Assembly: GCA_965214265.1 (NCBI GenBank)
Contig: CBDCBK010000010.1
Location: 2,056,642 to 2,120,641, forward strand
Reading direction: 5' to 3'
Length of the DNA stretch: 64,000 nt
DNA from: Acidimicrobiia bacterium
GTDB lineage: Bacteria > Actinomycetota > Acidimicrobiia > Spongiisociales > ZC4RG35
Within the stretch, counting starts at the first letter, position 1. Every line of letters starts with the position of its first letter. Below the pieces are notes generated by a model. It ran no database searches. It worked only from the letters and a program-made list of their open reading frames with translations, and was not told the DNA's origin. A program made the position numbers and the translations under genes. Shown in pieces: positions 47,455-55,791 of this stretch.

Positions 47455-48249
47455 TCACAGTCCGAACCGCTCGGTGACGATGGTGGAAAAGGCGATCTGC
47501 TCGAATGCCACGAACATCACCGGACGCGGCCCCCGGCGCACCACCACCTCATCGCCCATTCCCAAAGAAGCGGTGTTGCGGCCATCCACCGACACCTGAA
47601 CAGGCCGGTCGCGGGCCACCCGACAGCGGATCACCGAGTCGGGGGAGATCACCAGCGACCGGGAGAAGAGCGAATGGGGAGCCACCGGGGTCATCACCAG
47701 CGCATCCACCCGTGTGTCCAAGAGCGGGCCTCCCGCCGAAAAACTGTAGGCGGTGGAGCCGGTGGGAGTACAGATCACCAGGCCGTCCGCCCGATAGGAG
47801 AGCATCGGCTCGGAGTCGACCTCCACCTCCAGCTCGATCAGCCGCTGGCTGTCGATCTTTTCCACCACCACATCGTTCACACCGAGATCGGTGAGCCCGT
47901 TCAGCTCGGCGGCTACCGTCATCCGGGGAACCAGCCGATAACGACCCCGCTCCAGGAGATCGAGCGTGTCAGTGAGCCGGTCGGGGTCAGCGGCCGCCAA
48001 GAACCCGAGCGTCCCCAGGTTGAAGCCCAGCACCGGCCGATCCGCCCTGTAAGCCAGGCTCACCGCCCGCAGCATGGTGCCATCTCCCCCGGTGGCTATC
48101 AACATGTCGAGCGACAGGTCGGAGATGTCAATCCCCTCCTCACCGTCCACCCACACCTCCCAGCCGCGCTCTCGCGCCTCGGCCACCAGCTTCTTGGTGA
48201 ACCTCACCGCTGGCTCCCGCACCCGGTTGGGCACCACTCCGATTCTCAT
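47455..48249 (-). CDS. nadK: NAD kinase
   Basis: GGDGTMLR, NLGTLGFL, ND, ADG...TPTGSTAYSFSAGGP. Confidence 0.96.
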   Translation of the reverse strand: MRIGVVPNRVREPAVRFTKKLVAEARERGWEVWVDGEEGIDISDLSLDMLIATGGDGTMLRAVSLAYRADRPVLGFNLGTLGFLAAADPDRLTDTLDLLERGRYRLVPRMTVAAELNGLTDLGVNDVVVEKIDSQRLIELEVEVDSEPMLSYRADGLVICTPTGSTAYSFSAGGPLLDTRVDALVMTPVAPHSLFSRSLVISPDSVIRCRVARDRPVQVSVDGRNTASLGMGDEVVVRRGPRPVMFVAFEQIAFSTIVTERFGL

Positions 48250-49010
48250 TGCTCCTCCCATCCTTTTGCCTCCGCTTCTCCTTTCACCGACCAGATGAAG
48301 AACTCCCGGTTGCCCGATTTGGCGCCCACGAGCGGAGAGACCACCACCCGCCGGGGACCGAGGCCCGCCTTCAGAAGGCAGGTCCCCACCTTGCGGATCA
48401 CCTGGGAATGAACCAGGGGATCTTTTACCACTCCTCTCTTTCCCACCGAGCGGCGGCCCGCCTCGAACTGGGGCTTCACCAGAGTCAAACAGTCCGCTCC
48501 CCCTTCGGCTAACACACTCAACCGGTCAACCACCGTACACAACGAGATAAAGGATAGGTCGGCCACCAACAAATCAAAGAGCCCCAGTTCATCGGCGTCC
48601 ACGTATCGGAAGTTGGTGCGATCCCTCACCTCCACCCGGGGGTCTTGGGCCAGCCGGGGATGGAGCTGCCCATAGCCCACGTCCAAAGCAGTCACCCAAC
48701 GCGCCCCCCGCTGCAGGAGGACATCGGTGAATCCCCCCGTGGAGGCCCCCACATCCAGACAGCGTCTCCCCTCGGGATCCACTCCCAGGATCTCCAAGGC
48801 GTAATCGAGCTTTTCTCCGCCCCGAGAGACGAAGCGGGGCCCAGTTGGGCCGACCGCGATGGCGGTGGCCGTCGCCACCAGGGTGGCGGGCCGCGGAGAG
48901 AGCACCCCTTCCACCTGTACTTCGCCGGCGGTGATCAACCGCTGCGCCTCCGTGCGACTCCCGGCTTGCCCTCTCTCCACCAACTCCTGGTCCAGCCGTC
49001 GCCGATTCAG
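48246..49010 (-). CDS. tlyA: TlyA family rRNA 2'-O-methyltransferase (probable CTG start)
   Basis: RRRLDQELVERG S4 start, FVSRGGEKL, DVGASTGGFTD, DLSFISL, VKPQFE, GNREF. Confidence 0.93.
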   Translation of the reverse strand: MNRRRLDQELVERGQAGSRTEAQRLITAGEVQVEGVLSPRPATLVATATAIAVGPTGPRFVSRGGEKLDYALEILGVDPEGRRCLDVGASTGGFTDVLLQRGARWVTALDVGYGQLHPRLAQDPRVEVRDRTNFRYVDADELGLFDLLVADLSFISLCTVVDRLSVLAEGGADCLTLVKPQFEAGRRSVGKRGVVKDPLVHSQVIRKVGTCLLKAGLGPRRVVVSPLVGAKSGNREFFIWSVKGEAEAKGWEEQ

Positions 49011-49195
49011 CTTCTCTCCCCCTCCCTTCCCTCCAACAGCTCCTCCAACACGTCGGCCAGCTGCTCGGCAGGCACCAGCGCGTCGACACCCTCCGCCTCC
49101 GAAAGCTCCCCGAGCATCCGGCGCGCCTCTTCCAAACGGGCATCTCCCCCTGCGGCCTCGGAGGGACCGCCGGACGGAAGGCAGTCTTCTCTCAT
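49007..49195 (-). CDS. Small acidic hypothetical protein (62 aa)
   Basis: AAGGAG directly before ATG; helical acidic sequence; stop overlaps the proposed tlyA start. Confidence 0.6.
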   Translation of the reverse strand: MREDCLPSGGPSEAAGGDARLEEARRMLGELSEAEGVDALVPAEQLADVLEELLEGREGERS

Positions 49196-49245
49196 CTCCT
49201 TAGATTATGGCAATGCCCACCCCGCCATCACGACCTATAAGCCGC

Positions 49246-50082
49246 TCACCGGTCCGGAGACCACCATAGGGTGGCAAAAGTGCGTGGGCCTTCTTCGACA
49301 TAGAGGCGATCGTCCCTTGCAACCACATGCTCCTCCAGGAGCGGGCGGAGCTCGGCCCGTCTCGCCCGGGGGACCGCCACCCGCCGCCCGTAGTAGGCCA
49401 GTATCTCCTCCCAGGTCAGAAACCACAGGTCCGGCGCCCGTTCCCATCTCACCACCCCCACCTCGGCGCCGAGTTCGGAGACGATGATCTCCACGAGGTC
49501 CTCCACGGAAGGGCCGTCGGGCCGATCCAGGTCGTGAATGGCCCGATAGAGGTAGTTCATCGTCGTCCAGGGGTGGACATGGGTCATCTCCACCACCGCT
49601 CCCCGGCGGCAGTGGCCGCCCAAAGCCCTGATGAAGGGGGCGATGTCCGCCACGTCGTGCACCACATGGCTCGACAAGACCACATCGGCCACCGGCGTCC
49701 TTCCCGCCGCCGCCGGCCAGGCGCCTTCCACCACTTCCACCTCCAGTCCCTCCGAGCGCACCTCTTCTCGCAAGCCGGCGGCCATGCCGGGATTCTTCTC
49801 CACCGCCGTCACCCTATGTCCCGCCCGGGCATAGGGAAGACAGCTCCGACCGGTCCCCGCCCCCACGTCGATCAGCGTCCCGTCTGCGCCTAACAACCCC
49901 GAGACCAGCGAAGTGGTGGGGGTGGTCTCCCCACGGGTGCGGCTCTCCTGGGTGCGCCGCCTCCACAGCTCCGGCGGCCATCCGTAGGGCGATTCATCAG
50001 CCTGCTCCAAAAGCCGGTCGGGAATCGCCCAGGCCTCCAACTCCGCCTTCCACCGAGCCGACGGAGAAGTGGAGTCAGTCAT
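49246..50082 (-). CDS. Class I SAM-dependent methyltransferase
   Basis: LIDVGAGTG motif I, AVEKN motif II, ADVVLSSHV. Confidence 0.9.
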   Translation of the reverse strand: MTDSTSPSARWKAELEAWAIPDRLLEQADESPYGWPPELWRRRTQESRTRGETTPTTSLVSGLLGADGTLIDVGAGTGRSCLPYARAGHRVTAVEKNPGMAAGLREEVRSEGLEVEVVEGAWPAAAGRTPVADVVLSSHVVHDVADIAPFIRALGGHCRRGAVVEMTHVHPWTTMNYLYRAIHDLDRPDGPSVEDLVEIIVSELGAEVGVVRWERAPDLWFLTWEEILAYYGRRVAVPRARRAELRPLLEEHVVARDDRLYVEEGPRTFATLWWSPDR

Positions 50083-50091
50083 ACAACGAGC

Positions 50092-50949
50092 TTAGGCGGA
50101 GCGCTCCCCGCATCCGGCGAACAGATCGTCCTCCCGATATGGGCATTCCACTCTGCTGAACACCCGGAGAAAAGTCTCCCAGCCCACTATCCGGGGCAAG
50201 AACTCATCGGGGACCGACATCCATGACCGGTCAAAATGCACTTGGCTGCGGTGGGCCTGGAGCGCGGCCGCTTTCGTAGCTATGCGGTCCCGGACATCCA
50301 GTGTGCAAGTCGCATCCCAGTCGGGAGTTCCCGAGTGACGGGCCCGCTCCAACCCTTCCTCGGTTATTTCCCCCCGGGACAACTGGAGCTCCGCATAGGC
50401 GACGATCCTGCTCCTCGGCCACACCGACCAGTAGAGCTTGGTCGGCTCCCACAACTCTTCGCCGTCCTGCAGTGGGAACCGGCCCAGGTCGGAGGCGCCG
50501 AAGAAGGCCGCTGTTCCCACCCGATGGACGTTGATGTGATCGGGGTGGCCGTATCCACCGAAGGGGTCGTAGACGGTCATCACCTCCGGCTGGTAACGGC
50601 GGATCAGTCGCACCATACGGGTGACGGCCTCCATGAAGTCGGCCTGCCAGAAACAATCGGGATGGGAGTTGGCATCCCATCCCATCATTCCCGAGTCGCG
50701 ATAACCCAGGAACTCATGTTGCTTCACCCCCAGGATGGAAAGCGACTCTCCCAACTCCGCAGCTCTCACCTCGACCAGCCGGGCGGCGACCTCATCGGGG
50801 TTTGGGTAGTTGTGCACCTCCCCCTCCGCCCCGTCGGTGGCGGTAACCACCACCACCTGTTCTCCCGCCTCCGCATACTTGTTCAGAGCACCACCGGTGG
50901 ACATCACCTCATCGTCAGGATGAGCATGAAACGCCAACAGACCAGACAC
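50092..50949 (-). CDS. PIG-L family deacetylase (MshB/Mca-like)
   Basis: HAHPDDE, TDGAEGE, RAAEL, YRDSGM, GGYGHPDH; start GTG 50949. Confidence 0.9.
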   Translation of the reverse strand: MSGLLAFHAHPDDEVMSTGGALNKYAEAGEQVVVVTATDGAEGEVHNYPNPDEVAARLVEVRAAELGESLSILGVKQHEFLGYRDSGMMGWDANSHPDCFWQADFMEAVTRMVRLIRRYQPEVMTVYDPFGGYGHPDHINVHRVGTAAFFGASDLGRFPLQDGEELWEPTKLYWSVWPRSRIVAYAELQLSRGEITEEGLERARHSGTPDWDATCTLDVRDRIATKAAALQAHRSQVHFDRSWMSVPDEFLPRIVGWETFLRVFSRVECPYREDDLFAGCGERSA

Positions 50950-51048
50950 GCCAGCCCACAATAGCACCGTCGAGGATGCCGATATCTGGCCCCCTACCGG
51001 CCCCGACCGTCTGCTCCAGCAGAAAACATTGATCCCCGAGCTTGTAAA

Positions 51049-53148
51049 ATGCCTTCCATAGCCGACACGATGTACCAGGTTCTTCAACCCGACGGAGCTG
51101 TCGCCCTGCCTGAGGTGGCTCGGCGCTACTCGCCCGAGTTGCTCACGCGCATCTATACGGAGATGGTGGCGGGACGGGCTTGTGACCGGCGCATGATGGC
51201 CCTCCAACGTCAGGGGCGGATGGGCACCTTTGCTCCGATGGAAGGACAGGAGGCGATAAGCGTCGGATCGGCGCTGGCGCTCGAGCCAGAGGACTGGGTG
51301 TTCCCCTCCTACCGTGAGCACGCCGCGGTGCTCAACCGGGGGCTGCCCCTCAAAGCATTCCTCGAGTTCTACCGAGGCCACGGTTACGCCAACTGGGATG
51401 TCCGCGGTCTCCGCATCGGCCTCTACACCATCCCCATCGCCACCCAGCTTCCCCATGCGGTGGGACGGGCCTACTACGCCTCGCTCCGCGGCGATAACGG
51501 CGTGAGCGCCGCCTTCTTCGGAGACGGGGCCACTTCCGCCTCCGACTTTCACTCCGGCATGAACTTCGCCGGGACCTGGAATCTGCCGGTGGTCTTCATA
51601 TGCTCCAACAACCAGTACGCCATATCCATGCCCGTCGCAGCCCAGACCGGATCGGAGACCATCGCGCAGAAAGCAGTCGCCTACGGTTTCGAAGGCATCC
51701 GGGTGGATGGCATGGACCCGCTGGCCGTCCACACCGCGGTCTCAGAGGCCGCCCAACGGGCCCGGGAAGGCGGGGGCCCCACCCTGATCGAAGCGGTTTG
51801 TTATCGCTTTGGCCCTCACGCCACCGCCGACGATCCCCGCCGCTACCGATCCTCCGAGGAGGAGAAATCCTGGAGGGCGTTGGATCCGCTCATCCGTATG
51901 CGACTTCATCTGGAAAACATCGGCCTCTGGAACGACCAACTGGAACCAGCCGCCGTGGCGGAGATCGAAACATCGATGGACGAGGTCATAGTGGATCTCG
52001 AGCAGGGACCTCTCCCGAAAAGGGTCCGGGCGATCACCCAGGTCTATGAGCGCATCCCCGCGGCTTTGGCCGACCAATTCCGAGACTCCCAGGAGGCCCA
52101 TGGCAGCGAGCCCGACGACTTCTCATCACTGATCTGGCGGGTCAGAGAAGACACGCCCCCCGATCCCGAGCCTTCCGAGCACTGGAACATGGCCCAGGCA
52201 ATCAACGCCGCCCTGGGCGAGGCGATGGAGCGCTACCCCGAGGCAATCATCCTGGGCGAGGACGTGGGAAGGACGGGCGGGGTGTTCCGCATCACAGAGG
52301 ATCTGCAGGTCAAATACGGCGAGGAGCGGGTGATCGACACCCCGCTCTGTGAAACCGGAATCGTCGGCACCGCCATCGGGATGGCCATCGCCGGCGCCCG
52401 GCCCATCGTGGAGATACAGTTCGACGGGTTCGTCTACAACTGCTTCGAGCAGATCGCCGCCCACCTCTCCCGGATGCGCTACCGCACCCAGGGAGGCTTG
52501 GACCTGCCGATCGTGGTGCGCTTCCCCAACGGGGCGGGAATCAACGCCCATGAGTTCCACAACGAAAGCCCCGAAACCCTCTTCTGCCACATCCCCGGGC
52601 TGGTGGTGATCTGTCCCTCCACGCCGACCGACGCCAAGGGCCTCTTGGCGGCGGCCATCGACTCGGAGGACCCGGTGATCTTCGCCGAACCCAAGATCCT
52701 CTACCGCTCGGGCCGCGAATCGGTCCCTTCCGGCTACTACACCATCCCCATCGGCCGGGCCGCCACCAAGAGGGCCGGCCGAGACGTGACCGTGGTTACC
52801 TACGGAGGGATGGTCCCCGTGGCTCTCAGAGCCGCCGAACAACTTGACCACGAGGCCTCGGTGGAGGTGATCGACCTCCGCACCCTCTACCCGTGGGACA
52901 AAGAGGCGGTGCTCTCCTCGGTTCGGCGCACCGGACGGCTGGTGGTGGTGCAGGAGCCGCATCACACCGCCGGGATGGCGGCCGAGATCTCCGCCACGGT
53001 GGCCGAGGAGGCCATCTACGACCTAGCCGCTCCGGTGGTGCGGGTCACCGGCTTCGACGCTCCCCTGCCGCCTTACGCCTTCGAGTCCTACGGAGTATTG
53101 GGCACAGCCGACGTGGTAGCTGGCGTCATGCGCTCTCTGGCCGAGTAA
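51049..53148 (+). CDS. Fused 2-oxoacid dehydrogenase E1 alpha/beta
   Basis: Alpha: RQGR, YREH, GDGA...NNQYAIS (ThDP motif), HATADD. Beta: GEDV...GGVF, DTPLCE, EIQF, IDLRTL. One continuous 699-aa ORF. Confidence 0.92.
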   Translation: MPSIADTMYQVLQPDGAVALPEVARRYSPELLTRIYTEMVAGRACDRRMMALQRQGRMGTFAPMEGQEAISVGSALALEPEDWVFPSYREHAAVLNRGLPLKAFLEFYRGHGYANWDVRGLRIGLYTIPIATQLPHAVGRAYYASLRGDNGVSAAFFGDGATSASDFHSGMNFAGTWNLPVVFICSNNQYAISMPVAAQTGSETIAQKAVAYGFEGIRVDGMDPLAVHTAVSEAAQRAREGGGPTLIEAVCYRFGPHATADDPRRYRSSEEEKSWRALDPLIRMRLHLENIGLWNDQLEPAAVAEIETSMDEVIVDLEQGPLPKRVRAITQVYERIPAALADQFRDSQEAHGSEPDDFSSLIWRVREDTPPDPEPSEHWNMAQAINAALGEAMERYPEAIILGEDVGRTGGVFRITEDLQVKYGEERVIDTPLCETGIVGTAIGMAIAGARPIVEIQFDGFVYNCFEQIAAHLSRMRYRTQGGLDLPIVVRFPNGAGINAHEFHNESPETLFCHIPGLVVICPSTPTDAKGLLAAAIDSEDPVIFAEPKILYRSGRESVPSGYYTIPIGRAATKRAGRDVTVVTYGGMVPVALRAAEQLDHEASVEVIDLRTLYPWDKEAVLSSVRRTGRLVVVQEPHHTAGMAAEISATVAEEAIYDLAAPVVRVTGFDAPLPPYAFESYGVLGTADVVAGVMRSLAE

Positions 53149-53699
53149 TGGGCGATCCCCCGGTGATATCGGTGTTCGGATCCTCATCCATCACATCCGA
53201 CCAACCCGCCTACCAGGAGGCTCGCCAACTGGGGCAGATACTGGCCGAAGCGGGCACCACGGTGGCAACCGGTGGTTACGGCGGGGTGATGGAGGCGGTC
53301 TCGGAGGGCGCGTCGGAGGGCGGCGGCAAGGTGATCGGAGTAACCGCTCCCAACCTGTTTCCCGGCCGGTCGGGCCCCAACCGCTTCGTCCAGGTGGAGA
53401 TCCCCGCCCACGACGCCCACGAGCGCGACCGCCTCCTCCTGGAACTGGCATCGGCCACCATCACCCTTCCCGGAAGCATCGGCACCATCGTCGAGTTCAC
53501 CCAAGCCTGGCGGGAGGCGTTCTTGTCCCCGCCCGCACTGCGCAAACCCCATGTGGCGGTGGGAGGACGATTCAAGGAACTGGCCGAGCTGATAATCACC
53601 GAGTTCGGAGCGGACCCGCAGGTGATGATCTGCGCACCCACCGCTTCGGACGCCGCCCGGATCGTGCTGGGACGCCTCGGTCTGGAATACCCCCGGTGA
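53148..53699 (+). CDS. LOG/SLOG family nucleotide-binding protein
   Basis: TGGYGGVMEAVS...GG..IG, LPGSIGTIVE; ATG overlaps E1 stop (TAATG). Confidence 0.88.
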   Translation: MGDPPVISVFGSSSITSDQPAYQEARQLGQILAEAGTTVATGGYGGVMEAVSEGASEGGGKVIGVTAPNLFPGRSGPNRFVQVEIPAHDAHERDRLLLELASATITLPGSIGTIVEFTQAWREAFLSPPALRKPHVAVGGRFKELAELIITEFGADPQVMICAPTASDAARIVLGRLGLEYPR

Positions 53700-54571
53700 G
53701 CGGAGTGATCCAGGCCGGTGGAGGGCTCATGTTCCGGTTCTCCCCAAACGGTGAGCCCGAAGTGCTGGTGGTGCATCGGCCCCGCTATGACGACTGGTCG
53801 CTCCCCAAGGGCAAAAACGACCCCGGGGAGACTTCTCAGGCATCGGCAGTCCGCGAGGTGTGGGAGGAGACCGGTCATCGGTGCCGGGTGATTACTCCGG
53901 TCGGGCGGCACGAATATCCCGCCCTCAACGGATGGAAACAGGTCGACTACTACGCCATGACCTCCCGGTCGTTCACGGGCTTCGAACCCGGCACGGAGGT
54001 GGATGAGACCCGTTGGATCCCCATTTCGGGCGCCGGGCTGCTTACCTATGCTTTTGACCGACGGCTGGTGGAGAACGCCGACTATCAGACCTTGAACGCG
54101 ACCCGAACCTTGTTCTTCGTGCGCCACGCGGCGGCTGGTAACCGGCAACGCTGGACCAAACCCGACCATCTGAGGCCACTCACCCCCAAAGGCTGGCGAC
54201 AGTCCCACGCCCTGGCCGAACGCTTGGCCGGAGAAGGGATCGAGAGGCTGGTTTCGAGCCCCTATGTTCGCTGCGTGCAAACCCTCGAGCCCCTTTCGGG
54301 GATCTTGAGGATCACGGTGGAGGAGCATCCGGCGCTGGAGGAAGGGAAAGGCAGCCGAGCCACCTTGCAACTCCTTGATGAACTCTCAGGCGCCAACGCT
54401 GCCCTCTCCAGCCACGGAGACGTGATCCCCTCTGCCATCTTCGGGCTGGCCGACGGTGGGATGGAACTGCGGGATTCCATCTACAACTGCCGAAAGGGCT
54501 CGATTTGGGTGATCAGCATGGTCGAAGGCGTTGCGGTCTCCGCCCGCTACGAACCGCCACCGGAGGTGTAG
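53696..54571 (+). CDS. MutT1-like NUDIX hydrolase fused to histidine phosphatase domain
   Basis: HRPRYDDWSLPKGK...REVWEETG, then VRHA...SSPYVRCVQT...SHG. Confidence 0.92.
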   Translation: MSGVIQAGGGLMFRFSPNGEPEVLVVHRPRYDDWSLPKGKNDPGETSQASAVREVWEETGHRCRVITPVGRHEYPALNGWKQVDYYAMTSRSFTGFEPGTEVDETRWIPISGAGLLTYAFDRRLVENADYQTLNATRTLFFVRHAAAGNRQRWTKPDHLRPLTPKGWRQSHALAERLAGEGIERLVSSPYVRCVQTLEPLSGILRITVEEHPALEEGKGSRATLQLLDELSGANAALSSHGDVIPSAIFGLADGGMELRDSIYNCRKGSIWVISMVEGVAVSARYEPPPEV

Positions 54572-54586
54572 GCCCGGCCCGGCCCA

Positions 54587-54998
54587 CTCTGGGACCTGTG
54601 CGATCGGTTCGGCACCAGCCGAATGCCCGTCCGGGACGCCATCAACATGCTCCTGATGGATGGGGGCTGGCCACTCGTCCCAAGAACCGTGACGCGGTGG
54701 TGGCCGACATCACCTACGACAATATCCTCGACGCTTTCGAGGCGAACGCCCATCTCCACGCCTTGGCCGCGGTGCGGGCTATGACCCGGGGGACTCCCCC
54801 GACGACTTCGTAAAAGAGGCGCCGGATTGGGCCATCAGAGGCTACCGGGAGCATGAGTCGATCATGAGCGCTTTCTTTGCGGGCGAGAAGCAGAAACTGC
54901 ATCAGATGATCACCCACCACATGATGTCGGTGGGCAACCATCTCGTCGAGGTCCTGTCCCACCACCGACAGGAAGCGATTTCCGAAAACCGCTCCTAG
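54587..54998 (+). pseudogene. Decayed GntR (FCD-type) transcriptional regulator
   Basis: Three frames spell DLCDRFGTSRMPVRDAINMLLMDG (GntR HTH) / LATRPKNRDAVVADITYDNILDAFEANAHLHALAA / EHESIMSAFFAGEKQKLHQMITHHMM (FCD end); no start codon found. Confidence 0.75.
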
Positions 54999-55041
54999 GC
55001 CGATTACCCAAACCGCCCCCATTCGGCCAGAATCCCTGATC

Positions 55042-55791
55042 ATGTCACCCCACACCTCTCCATCCGGTCAACCAGCGGTCCGGATGGTGGACGGCGTCAA
55101 GATCTACGGGGAGGGCGAGACCGCCGTCAAGGCGCTGGGAGGGGTGTCGCTTCGGATCGAGCGGGGCCAGTTCACCGCCATAATGGGACCCTCGGGGTCG
55201 GGCAAGTCGACCCTTCTGCACACCCTGACCGGCCTGGACACCCTGGAGGGCGGCGAGGTGTTCATCGACGGGATCGCGCTCTCCACCCTGAAAGACCGGG
55301 AACTTACCCTGTTGCGAAGAGAAAAAGTGGGGTTCGTCTTCCAGACCTTCAACCTGATTCCCACCCTCACCGCCGAGGAGAACATCCTGCTGCCGCTCTC
55401 CATCGCCAGAGAGGCCGTGGAGCGAGACTGGTTCCACGAGATAGTGAAGACGCTCGGCATCAGCGACCGCCTCTCCCATCTTCCCTCCCAGCTTTCGGGC
55501 GGCCAGCAGCAGCGGGTGGCCGTGGCCCGGGCGCTGATCTCGCGTCCCATCATCGTCTGCGCCGACGAGCCCACCGGCAACCTCGATTCCCGGGCTTCCG
55601 ACGAGCTGTTGGGCTTCATCCGAGAGGCCGTGGACGAGATCGGCCAGACGGTGGTGATGGTCACCCACGATCCGCTGGTCGCCGCCTACGCCGACGGGGT
55701 GGTCTTCCTCCAAGACGGGAAAATCATCGACGAAATGGCAGATCCCAACGCCGAAGCCATCTTCGATCATCTGAAGTCGCTGGGCGACTAA
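55042..55791 (+). CDS. ABC transporter ATP-binding protein (LolD/MacB type)
   Basis: [38 protein letters not shown]. Confidence 0.96.
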   Translation: MSPHTSPSGQPAVRMVDGVKIYGEGETAVKALGGVSLRIERGQFTAIMGPSGSGKSTLLHTLTGLDTLEGGEVFIDGIALSTLKDRELTLLRREKVGFVFQTFNLIPTLTAEENILLPLSIAREAVERDWFHEIVKTLGISDRLSHLPSQLSGGQQQRVAVARALISRPIIVCADEPTGNLDSRASDELLGFIREAVDEIGQTVVMVTHDPLVAAYADGVVFLQDGKIIDEMADPNAEAIFDHLKSLGD

